47,665 bases of DNA from a candidate division WOR-3 bacterium (GTDB lineage: Bacteria > Hydrothermota > Hydrothermia > LBFQ01). Positions 35,855 through 43,858 of the stretch are shown here, in pieces. A program made the translations under genes and the position numbers. How positions within the stretch are numbered: the first letter of the stretch is position 1; the number at the start of each line of letters is the position of its first letter. The stretch is taken from positions 1 through 47,665 of the forward strand of contig JALWZG010000072.1 in assembly GCA_027002825.1 (NCBI GenBank), written 5' to 3'. The notes beneath the pieces were generated by a model. It did no database searches. It saw only the letters and a program-made list of their open reading frames with translations, and had not been told where the DNA came from.

Positions 35855-37270
35855 ATGGTTAAGCTGTTTATCTTTGACAAACTGCGACCGCTGATGGGGG
35901 AGACGAACTCCTCCTCCGTCCACGTCCTCGTCCTTGGGCGGGAGACCTCCGAAGACTTCAAGGACTACGTCTCCATCCTAAAGGACTACGCCAAAGACGG
36001 CAAACTCGGACACGTACCCGGCCACAAACCGTGGCCGAACGAGGCGATAAGGGGTCTGGAACTTTGGAACTACATAATAGCCGCACTTTACGATTTTAGG
36101 AGGGACGATATTGCGAAGCGGTTGTCCGAGGTCCTGGGGGTGGAGGTGGTCCCGGACATAGGCTTTGAGGCCCTAAACCCCCTCCTCACGACCTATACCC
36201 TTGATAACGATAGCAGCTCTTTAGAGAACCTCTACTCTCCCCTGCGGAAGGTCAGAACTCCGGGGCAGCTCAACAAGCTCCTCAACGGGGTCCTCGTCGT
36301 CACCGCCGACTGGTTCTTTGAGCCGAGGGACTGGGAGGTGCTAAGGGAGGTCTTCAAGCCGGGTATGATATACGAAAACGGCAACAGGATAGTCCTCCTG
36401 TACCCGGAGACGGGCAAGAAGATACGCCTGAAGACGGACTTTGAGGAGTACAGGCCGGAGTTTCCGGAGTCCATAGACCTGAACATCTCCTACAGGTGCG
36501 ATGTCGGATGTCCCTACTGCTACATATCCGCCACACCGGAGGGGGAGGAGTGGAGGTTTGATCGGAAACTTTTGGACCAGATTTTCGGCTTTACCGGTGC
36601 GGATATTTTTGACCTGTGGCGGGAAAACGATAGCGTTGGCCTTGACTACCACCCTTTCATTGAGGTGGCCATAAACGTCAACAACCTCTTTGACTTTGGA
36701 AACCTCAAGGACCTCGTTGAAGACTTCAAGGTCAGCTCCTTCATCCCGAACCTTACCCTCCACTACACAACCGCCCTTAAACATCCGGAGGTCATTACGG
36801 ACCTACCCGCCCAGTGGGTGGGCGTCAGCGTTATGTCAGCCGAGCAGATAGACCACGTGCGCTCCCTCTTCCCCGAAGGGAGGATAGTCTTCCACATAAT
36901 AAACGGCGTATTCAGGGGCGTAGAGAAGGTCAAAGGCGAGAACGTCCTCATCCTCGGATACAAGAGGATGGGCAGGGGGGTGGGGTACAGGCCCCGGCTC
37001 TGGGAGTGGGACGTCGTAGAGACCCTGATGGAGAACGGGAACAACGTAGCCTTTGACGACCTCGCCGTTGAGCAACTGAAGGCCAAGGAGCATATAAGCG
37101 ACGATTACTTTGACCTCGTCCATATGGGGATGGACCGCCGGCACGCGATGTTCATAGACCTGGTGAGGGGGGAGTTCGCCCACACCTCAACCTCCGAGAG
37201 GCGGTTCAAGATTGAGGGGAGGAGCCTGAAGGAGATGTGGGACTTTTTAAATGGTCCCGGGAGGACTTGA
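35855..37270 (+). CDS. Radical SAM protein fused to an N-terminal ETNSSS-motif domain
   Basis: CxxxCxxC (CDVGCPYC, nt 36497-36520) after PEFPESIDLNI; ETNSSSVH at nt ~35900; 3' end overlaps tRNA-Ile. Confidence 0.8.
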   Translation: MVKLFIFDKLRPLMGETNSSSVHVLVLGRETSEDFKDYVSILKDYAKDGKLGHVPGHKPWPNEAIRGLELWNYIIAALYDFRRDDIAKRLSEVLGVEVVPDIGFEALNPLLTTYTLDNDSSSLENLYSPLRKVRTPGQLNKLLNGVLVVTADWFFEPRDWEVLREVFKPGMIYENGNRIVLLYPETGKKIRLKTDFEEYRPEFPESIDLNISYRCDVGCPYCYISATPEGEEWRFDRKLLDQIFGFTGADIFDLWRENDSVGLDYHPFIEVAINVNNLFDFGNLKDLVEDFKVSSFIPNLTLHYTTALKHPEVITDLPAQWVGVSVMSAEQIDHVRSLFPEGRIVFHIINGVFRGVEKVKGENVLILGYKRMGRGVGYRPRLWEWDVVETLMENGNNVAFDDLAVEQLKAKEHISDDYFDLVHMGMDRRHAMFIDLVRGEFAHTSTSERRFKIEGRSLKEMWDFLNGPGRT

Positions 37271-37325
37271 ACCTCCGACCTCGCGGTTATCAGCCGCGCG
37301 CTCTGACCACCTGAGCTACGGGACC
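37252..37325 (-). tRNA. tRNA-Ile(GAT), CCA not encoded
   Basis: Acceptor GGTCCCG/CGGGACC+A, D-arm AGCTCAGGTGGTCAGAGC, anticodon arm CGCGG-CTGATAA-CCGCG, T-loop GGTTCAAGTCC. Confidence 0.96.
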
Positions 37326-37331
37326 CCGTAG

Positions 37332-37404
37332 TGGCCGGGGAGGGAGTCGAACCCCCGACACAGGGATTTTCAGTCCCCTGCTCTACCGCCTGAGCTACCC
37401 GGCC
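37332..37404 (-). tRNA. tRNA-Phe(GAA), CCA not encoded
   Basis: Acceptor GGCCGGG/CCCGGCC+A, anticodon arm GGGGA-CTGAAAA-TCCCT, T-loop GGTTCGACTCC. Confidence 0.96.
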
Positions 37405-37413
37405 GAGGTTGAT

Positions 37414-37427
37414 ATTATAAAGCGGAA
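37414..37427 (-). promoter_or_regulatory. Promoter of the tRNA-Phe/tRNA-Ile pair (TTCCGCTT-TATAAT)
   Basis: TATAAT 9 nt upstream of the mature tRNA-Phe 5' end. Confidence 0.7.
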
Positions 37428-37443
37428 GGGTGGACGTATGGGA

Positions 37444-39294
37444 TCACAGTCCGAACACCTTTTCTATCAACGCCACGTTCATAACCCTCCATTTCAGTAT
37501 GTGGTTTAGGCCGTCCTTCACACCGAGCTCGGCGAGCACCTTGGAGTTTGCCGTGTACCTTTTGAAAAGACCGTCATCCAAGAGGTATTCCTGAGGAAAG
37601 GGGAAACCGAGCTTGTCCCTACGCCACACTATTTTTGGTGGGAGTACGCCTTCAAAGGCCTTTCGGGCGATGAACTTCGTGTATCCACCCCTTATCTTGT
37701 AGTCCGAGGGAAGGGAGAGAAGGAACTCTACCAGCCTGTAATCCAAATACGGACTCCTCACCTCAAGCGAAAAGGCGGAGGAGTTCTTGTCCGCATACCG
37801 CAGTAGGGTTGATATGTTGTCCCTTATATCCTGAACGAGTTTTTCCCGCAGGTCAAACACCCTCTCCCGGGTTTGGGAAGGGGGAGGTACGTAATCCGGA
37901 GGTTTCCTGAAGATCTGGGATGAGCGCAATTTGAAAAGGAACTCAGGTCCCAAAACGTTCAAAACCATCCTCGCAAAGGTTAGGGGATAGTTCAGGTTGC
38001 TCCTCCGGAACTTCAACATCTCCCCTATCGCCCTCCCCACATCCATTTTCCTCAACCTCTCCAAGATGTATACGGGGACGTACCGCAGGTACCCGGCAAG
38101 GGTTTCATCCCCTCCCTGACCGTCCAAAAGGACTATCACGCCGTAATTTCTCGGTAAGGTGTAGACCATGAACTGGGCAAAGGGGCTGAGCGTTCCGACG
38201 GGTTCTTCCTGGTGGTAGACGAACCTTTCCAAATTGTTTTCCAAAATCCCCTTATCGGACTCGGTGTAAACCCATTTGACCCCCGTTGCCCTGACCGCCT
38301 CCTCTATGAACTCCCTCTCGTCGTACTCGGGGAACCTCGGATGGACGGCGGAAAAGGCGTAGTAGCTGAAGTTGGGATGGTTGGATTTGGATGCGAAGAA
38401 CACGATGGAGGACGAGTCCAAACCACCGCTCAGAGACGTTCCGGTCTTCACATCGCTCCTCAACCTCAAGCCTATGGACTCGGTGAAGAGGTGCAGGAAC
38501 CTCTCCTTCGCCTCGTTGAACGGTATCCTCCTCTCCGGAACGTTCAGCGAATAGTAGCGCTCTATCCTCATATCACCCGTCTCCAAGTTGTACACCGCGT
38601 AGTGTGAAGGGAGGAGTCGCTTGATCCCTTTGAAAAGGGTGTTCTCGTTCATGTCGGATTCCGAGTACACGAGAAACCTGATGACCTCATCCGTGTCAAA
38701 CGAGCGACCCGAAAGGGAGGTGTGGAGAAGGGCCTTTATCTCGGAGGAGAACACCAACTTCCTTCCGGTGTGGATGTAGTAAAGGGGCTTCTTTCCAAAT
38801 CTGTCCCGTGAGAGGAGGAGTTTCCTCTCCCTCCTGTCGTAAAGGGCAAAGGCCCACATCCCGTTCAGCCTTCTCAGGGCGTCCGGACCCCACCTGTGGA
38901 GGGCCTTCAGCAGGACCTCCGTATCGGAGTCGCCCCAAAAGGTATAACCCTCACCTTCCAGCTCCTTTCTCACCTCAAGGTAGTTGTAAATCTCCCCGTT
39001 GAAGACCAGGAGCAGACCCTCAAACTCCATGGGTTGATGCCCCTTTGGGGAGAGGTCTATTATCCTCAGCCGCCTGGAGAGGAGGAGGAGGTCCCCCCTG
39101 TCCATGACGTCCGATACGTGGGGGAGGTGGGATAGCTCCTCTACGGTGTCATCCCCTCTCGCGTGGAAGACCTCGGAGGTTTGGGTGTTTATCACCACCC
39201 ATCCCTCATCGTCCGGTCCCCTGTGTCTTAGGAGCCGGGAAACCCGGCGCGGGTCGTAATCAACCCTCCCCGAGGAGCCGAATATCCCACACAT
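37444..39294 (-). CDS. asnB: Asparagine synthase (glutamine-hydrolysing) / amidotransferase
   Basis: MCGIFG, HRGPD, FNGEIYNY, SDTEV, RDRFGKKPLYY, LSGGLDSS, GQGGDE..AGY, EVRSPYLD. Confidence 0.95.
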   Translation of the reverse strand: MCGIFGSSGRVDYDPRRVSRLLRHRGPDDEGWVVINTQTSEVFHARGDDTVEELSHLPHVSDVMDRGDLLLLSRRLRIIDLSPKGHQPMEFEGLLLVFNGEIYNYLEVRKELEGEGYTFWGDSDTEVLLKALHRWGPDALRRLNGMWAFALYDRRERKLLLSRDRFGKKPLYYIHTGRKLVFSSEIKALLHTSLSGRSFDTDEVIRFLVYSESDMNENTLFKGIKRLLPSHYAVYNLETGDMRIERYYSLNVPERRIPFNEAKERFLHLFTESIGLRLRSDVKTGTSLSGGLDSSSIVFFASKSNHPNFSYYAFSAVHPRFPEYDEREFIEEAVRATGVKWVYTESDKGILENNLERFVYHQEEPVGTLSPFAQFMVYTLPRNYGVIVLLDGQGGDETLAGYLRYVPVYILERLRKMDVGRAIGEMLKFRRSNLNYPLTFARMVLNVLGPEFLFKLRSSQIFRKPPDYVPPPSQTRERVFDLREKLVQDIRDNISTLLRYADKNSSAFSLEVRSPYLDYRLVEFLLSLPSDYKIRGGYTKFIARKAFEGVLPPKIVWRRDKLGFPFPQEYLLDDGLFKRYTANSKVLAELGVKDGLNHILKWRVMNVALIEKVFGL

Positions 39295-39659
39295 CAGATG
39301 GGATATCCCAAAGCCCTGAGGGTTTCCTTACCCTCTTCGGTCATCCTGTCTATGCTCCAAGGTGGGTCAAACGTCAGTTCAACCTTCACGTCCGTGAAGC
39401 CGAGGGCGTAAAGCCTGTCCTCAACCATCACCCTCAGGGGTTCGGCGACGGGACATCCCGGAGCGGTCACCGTCATCAAAACGTAAACGCTCCTCTTCTC
39501 CGGATCTATTTCAAGGGCGTATATGAGACCCAGGTCCCATATGTTGACGGGTATTTCCGGGTCGTAAACGTCCTTTAAAACGTTTATAACCGCCTCTTTG
39601 CTCAGGTTGGGGTTTCTACCTACCTCTGCCTTCTGCTGCTCTCTCCTGTTCTCCTGCAT
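39294..39659 (-). CDS. DUF59/SufT metal-sulfur cluster assembly protein
   Basis: VYDPEIPVNIWDLGLIY, MTVTAPGCP, FDPPW. Start moved to ATG 39659, 9 nt after TAGAAT. Confidence 0.92.
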   Translation of the reverse strand: MQENRREQQKAEVGRNPNLSKEAVINVLKDVYDPEIPVNIWDLGLIYALEIDPEKRSVYVLMTVTAPGCPVAEPLRVMVEDRLYALGFTDVKVELTFDPPWSIDRMTEEGKETLRALGYPI

Positions 39660-39668
39660 GTTCAACCT

Positions 39669-39731
39669 ATTCTAAGGTGGAAATCCGACCCAAAAGGTAA
39701 GGATTTGGAAAGAGGCTTTCCACCGTAAAAT
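39669..39731. promoter_or_regulatory. Divergent promoters: TTTCCACCT-TAGAAT (-, 39669-39683) and TTTCCACCG-TAAAAT (+, 39717-39731)
   Basis: Two near-identical motifs, 9 and 5 nt before their start codons. Confidence 0.72.
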
Positions 39732-39736
39732 CCCCC

Positions 39737-40795
39737 GTGTTCAGGATACTGGTCATAAACACCGGGTCCTCCTCCACAAAGGTTGCGCTTTACAACTCGG
39801 AGGAGGAGGTGTGGAAGGAGGTGGTGCGTCACACCTACGATGAGCTGAAGGACTTAAGGGACACGAAATCCCATCTGGACTTCCGTGAGGAGGTGGTGGA
39901 GGGTGTTTTAAGGAGGAGGGGAGTGGATGGGGTGGACGCGATAGCGGCCATCGGAGGGTTGTTGAAACCGCTTGAGAGCGGGGTTTATGAGATCGATACC
40001 GAAATGGTTTTGGACCTCTACGAGGGTAAAAGGGGGTTCCACGCCTCAAACCTTGCCGGGATCATCGCACACAAGCTCGCCCAGAGGTACGGCGTCAAGG
40101 CCTACACGGTTGACCCCATAAGCGTTGATGAGATGGGGAGGTTGGCGAGGTATTCGGGGCATCCGCTCCTGCCGCGCTACAGCCTATCCCACGCCTTGAA
40201 CACCAAGGCCGTGGCGAGGAGATGGTCAAGGGAGAACGGAAAGAGGTACGAGGAGGTGAATTTGATAGTCGTACACATGGGAAGTGGGATAACCGTTTCC
40301 GCCCACGAGAGGGGTAGAATGGTGGACCTCACAAACTCCATGGAGGAGGGGCCGTTCTCCGTTGAGAGGACGGGAAGTTTACCCGTTATGAGTCTCGCCC
40401 GGATGTGTTTCTCCGGGGAACACACCTTTGATGAGGTGGAAAGGATGATATTCGGGGAGGGTGGTGTTTACGCCTATTTGGGTGAGAAGGACTTCCGGAA
40501 AGTTATGGAGCGGGTTAGGGGTGGTGATGGAAGGGCCAAAGAGGTGGTGGATGCTATGCTCTACCAAATAGCAAAGGAGACGGGGGGTATGGCGGCCGTC
40601 CTCTCCGGAGATGTGGATGCCGTAATAATAACGGGGGGGATGGCCTACGAGGATTACGTGGTCGATGGACTGAGACGCCGTCTATCCTTCATAGCGCCCG
40701 TACACGTCTACCCCGGTGAGGACGAGATGGAAGCCCTCGCCTCAGGTGTGCTGAGGGTTTTAAGGGGGGAGGAGGATGCCAAGAGATACGGATAG
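39737..40795 (+). CDS. buk: Butyrate (branched-chain carboxylate) kinase
   Basis: INTGSSSTK, GGLL.P..SG.Y, HASNL, HALN.KA, HMGSGI, EGPFS.ER.G, PGEDEM.AL. Confidence 0.95.
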   Translation: MFRILVINTGSSSTKVALYNSEEEVWKEVVRHTYDELKDLRDTKSHLDFREEVVEGVLRRRGVDGVDAIAAIGGLLKPLESGVYEIDTEMVLDLYEGKRGFHASNLAGIIAHKLAQRYGVKAYTVDPISVDEMGRLARYSGHPLLPRYSLSHALNTKAVARRWSRENGKRYEEVNLIVVHMGSGITVSAHERGRMVDLTNSMEEGPFSVERTGSLPVMSLARMCFSGEHTFDEVERMIFGEGGVYAYLGEKDFRKVMERVRGGDGRAKEVVDAMLYQIAKETGGMAAVLSGDVDAVIITGGMAYEDYVVDGLRRRLSFIAPVHVYPGEDEMEALASGVLRVLRGEEDAKRYG

Positions 40796-41459
40796 CCCCC
40801 CTCTGCTGTTGAGGGTCTCATCCCTGGGGGTTGAGATCGGGCGCAGACGGGTCTTGGAGGGTGTGAGTTTTGAGGTCAGGCGGGGTGAGATAGTCTCCAT
40901 ACTGGGGCCGAACGGTGCCGGAAAGACCACCTTACTGAAGGCCATAGCAGGTCTGATACCCCACACGGGTGAGGTGGAAGTCTGGGGAAGGGTGGCCTAC
41001 CTACCCCAGGAAAAAACCTTTAACACCTTTATACCTTTTACGGTTGGTGATGTGGCGTATCTCGGTGTGAAGGACAGGGATGCGGTCAGGGAGATCCTGA
41101 GGAAACTATCGGTTGAGGACGAGAACCAAACCTTTCACACACTTTCAGGAGGACAGAAGCAAAAGGTTCTGATCGCCCGTTTTCTCGGAACGGGGGCGGA
41201 CATCTTCCTCCTTGATGAGCCTTTTACAGGCCTGGACAAGGTTTCCTCCTTGGAGTTTGAGAGGGTTTTGAAGATGCTGAAGGAAAGGGGTAAAGGGATA
41301 GTTCTGGTAAGCCACGATGTGGGCCACACCCTCTCCCTCTCGGACAGGGTTCTGTGCCTGAACAGGAAGGTCTTCTACCACGGAAAACCCAAGTACGATC
41401 CGAAGATATTCGCCCAAACCTACGGCATAAGCGTAGTCCCCATGTGGCACGACCACTAA
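40776..41459 (+). CDS. Metal (Zn/Mn) ABC transporter ATP-binding subunit, ZnuC-like
   Basis: GPNGAGKTT, YLPQ, LSGGQKQ, LDEPF.GLD, SHD, VLCLN, His-containing C-terminus. Confidence 0.88.
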   Translation: MPRDTDSPPLLLRVSSLGVEIGRRRVLEGVSFEVRRGEIVSILGPNGAGKTTLLKAIAGLIPHTGEVEVWGRVAYLPQEKTFNTFIPFTVGDVAYLGVKDRDAVREILRKLSVEDENQTFHTLSGGQKQKVLIARFLGTGADIFLLDEPFTGLDKVSSLEFERVLKMLKERGKGIVLVSHDVGHTLSLSDRVLCLNRKVFYHGKPKYDPKIFAQTYGISVVPMWHDH

Positions 41460-42175
41460 CCGAAAAGGAGTTTAAGACCGGCCACCAGTAGGACAAAACC
41501 CAGGAGTGTCCTTACAGCCTTTTTGCCGAGGTGGTTCGCCGCCCAAAATGACCCCACAAACCCCCCTATCAGGACGACCAGGGCGCTGACGGCAACGGCG
41601 AGAACGTCCAAGGATGTGTACCTCAGGCGGGCCGCGAGTCCGCTGGCCGAGTTCACGAGTATGAAAAAGGCGGACATGGAAGCGGTTTCCTTTGGGCCGT
41701 ACCCGAGGAACAGAAGGACGGGACTCAGGAATATTCCCCCTCCTATCCCTATCGCCCCCGCCACCACACCCAGGGAAAACCCCACCGCGGCCGATATGAG
41801 CGTCCTCCTAAAGGTCCCCACGTCTTTCAGGGAGGCGAGGGGTTTGAAGTTTGAGAACATCCTCAGACCGGCCAACAGCACGAACACACCCGTTATGGAC
41901 CTGACGGTATTGCCCGAGAGGTTGAGGGATCCTCCGATATAGGCCGCGGGGACCGAGACGGCGACGAAGGGGAGTATTTGGTGGAGGGAAAAGTGCTTTC
42001 TGTAGTTGAAAAAGGCCGAAGCGGATACGATGAGGTTGAGGGTTAGGGCCATGGTTGCAGCCTTTTGCGCCTCAACACCCAAGAGGTGGAACACGGCGAG
42101 GTATCCACTTCCCCCACCGTGTCCAACCGAGGAGTAGAGAAGGGCGATGAAAAAGAGGGCGGCGTGGAGCATCAC
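41456..42175 (-). CDS. TauE/SafE (TSUP) family transporter
   Basis: YSSVGHGGGSGY, GAIGIGGGIFLSP, FILVNS.SGL. Confidence 0.9.
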   Translation of the reverse strand: MMLHAALFFIALLYSSVGHGGGSGYLAVFHLLGVEAQKAATMALTLNLIVSASAFFNYRKHFSLHQILPFVAVSVPAAYIGGSLNLSGNTVRSITGVFVLLAGLRMFSNFKPLASLKDVGTFRRTLISAAVGFSLGVVAGAIGIGGGIFLSPVLLFLGYGPKETASMSAFFILVNSASGLAARLRYTSLDVLAVAVSALVVLIGGFVGSFWAANHLGKKAVRTLLGFVLLVAGLKLLFG

Positions 42176-42627
42176 GGGGTGGGAGCCAGGGCCTTTATAA
42201 CCTCCACCTCATCGCCCACCCTGACCTTTCCCCCCTTTATAACCCTTGCGAAGACCCCCTCCTTCGGCATCACACAATCACCCACGATACGGTATATGGC
42301 GCATCCCGTGTGGCACTCCTTTCCCCTTTGGGTTATCTCAAGGAGTACCTCCCCCACCTTAAGCACATCTCCCACGCAAAGCTCCGGTACCCTTACGAAG
42401 CGGGTGGTCAGGTTTTCGGCGAACGCTCCGGGACGGAGCGAGGGGATCCTTTCCCTCATCTTGTCTATGCTCTCAACGGCGAGGATGCTCACCTGCCTGT
42501 GCCACTTTCCGGCGTGGGCGTCCCCCTCTATACCCCAATCCCTGATGAAGATCGCCTCCGGGACGTTCCTTTTCGGAAGACCCCGGCGTGTGCTTATGGA
42601 TATCGCTATGACCTTTCCCTTTTCCAT
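42172..42627 (-). CDS. MOSC-domain protein
   Basis: GIEGDAHAG.WHRQVS, PGAFAENL, TQ.GKECH..C.I....GDC.MP.EG.F. Confidence 0.92.
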   Translation of the reverse strand: MEKGKVIAISISTRRGLPKRNVPEAIFIRDWGIEGDAHAGKWHRQVSILAVESIDKMRERIPSLRPGAFAENLTTRFVRVPELCVGDVLKVGEVLLEITQRGKECHTGCAIYRIVGDCVMPKEGVFARVIKGGKVRVGDEVEVIKALAPTP

Positions 42628-42640
42628 GTTTCACCTCCTT

Positions 42641-43858
42641 TTACTCAAACAGGTCAAACCACCTCAGGGGTATAACCTTTACGTCCTGACAATGCTCAAA
42701 GTAGCCCCTGTCCTCCGGCAGGATTATTAGGGCGTTGGCGTCCTTCAGGCTCGTGAGCATATGGGAGGCCCTCTTCTGGATAGGTCTCACTATTGGGAGG
42801 TATTTCCGGTCCTCCGTGTAAAAGAGATGTCCCCTTACGAACTCCAAGCGTTTTCCCTTCTTGTTCAGGGTTTTGGAGAGGAGGGCGTACACGAAGTCCT
42901 CAAGTATGCTCCTCTTGACCCCCATCATCTTTCTGACGGCCGTCTTGACGTATATGTAAAGGCAAACACTCGCCGACACCGGATTTCCCGGCAGGCCGAA
43001 TATGAGTTTCCTACCCTTTATGCCGAAGAACAGGGGCTTTCCCGGTTTTTGGGCGACCTTCCAGAACACCTCCCTTATCCCCAAATCCTCGGCAACCGAA
43101 GTTATCAGGTCGTACCTGCCGACGGAAACCCCTCCCGACGTTATGACGATGTGGGCGACCTCCAAAGCCTCTGATACGGCCTCCTTGAGTGCTTCTCTGT
43201 CATCCTCCACCCTTTTGGAGTACACCACCTCCAGACCCCACGCCCTGAGTGCCGCCGTGATCTGGTACATGTTTGAGTCTATCACCTTTCCCGGAGGAGG
43301 TGAGGGGGTGGGGCCCACAAGCTCGCTCCCCGTGGTGATAACCGCCATTTTGGGTTTTTTGTAAACCCTGACCTTCTCACGTCCGAGGGCGGCGAGGAGA
43401 CCGACAACCGGGGGGGTTATGAAATCCCCGACCTTCAGCACCCTCTGTCCCTCCTTCACCTCTTCCCCTTTCCTCCTTATGTTTTCACCGTCCTTTATAA
43501 CCTTACTGCTCCTCAACCTCCCCCCGATCTCCTGCGTGTACTCCTGGGGTATTACGGCGTACGTTCCGGGGGGGACGGGTGCACCTGTGTATATACGTAT
43601 GGCCTCACCCGGCATTATGGGGGATTCCACGGGGTGATCCCCCGCTTTTATCTCGCCCTCAAGCAGGGTGAACTCGTACCCGTGCGATCCCACCGCGTAA
43701 CCGTCCATGGCGGCCTGATCGTACATGGGGAGGGGGAAGGGTGAAGGGATGTTCTCGGCGAGGACATGGCCCAAGGCCTCCTCCAACGGCAGTTTTTGGG
43801 TTCCCAAAACCCTTGTGCGTTTTATTATCCTGTCAAGGGCCTCCTTCACCCTCAGCAT
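42641..43858 (-). CDS. moeA: Molybdopterin molybdotransferase
   Basis: AMDGYAV, TGAPVP, TGSEL, SGGVSVG, QKPGKP, LPGNPVS; ATG 43858 follows a GGAGGT SD. Confidence 0.95.
   Translation of the reverse strand: MLRVKEALDRIIKRTRVLGTQKLPLEEALGHVLAENIPSPFPLPMYDQAAMDGYAVGSHGYEFTLLEGEIKAGDHPVESPIMPGEAIRIYTGAPVPPGTYAVIPQEYTQEIGGRLRSSKVIKDGENIRRKGEEVKEGQRVLKVGDFITPPVVGLLAALGREKVRVYKKPKMAVITTGSELVGPTPSPPPGKVIDSNMYQITAALRAWGLEVVYSKRVEDDREALKEAVSEALEVAHIVITSGGVSVGRYDLITSVAEDLGIREVFWKVAQKPGKPLFFGIKGRKLIFGLPGNPVSASVCLYIYVKTAVRKMMGVKRSILEDFVYALLSKTLNKKGKRLEFVRGHLFYTEDRKYLPIVRPIQKRASHMLTSLKDANALIILPEDRGYFEHCQDVKVIPLRWFDLFE

Noticed and set aside
33837-37270. Helicase plus radical SAM as an anti-phage defence pair (viperin-like)
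   Set aside because: The helicase looks like the ordinary thermophile IGHMBP2-type enzyme, the radical SAM gene has its own -10 box, and viperin motifs are not evident. Adjacency alone is insufficient.
29507-39294. Possible lasso peptide/RiPP cluster (TldE, HPrK-like kinase, radical SAM, AsnB)
   Set aside because: AsnB has a complete Cys-initiated glutaminase domain, unlike a lasso cyclase. There is no B protein, RRE or precursor, and the genes lie in different transcription units.
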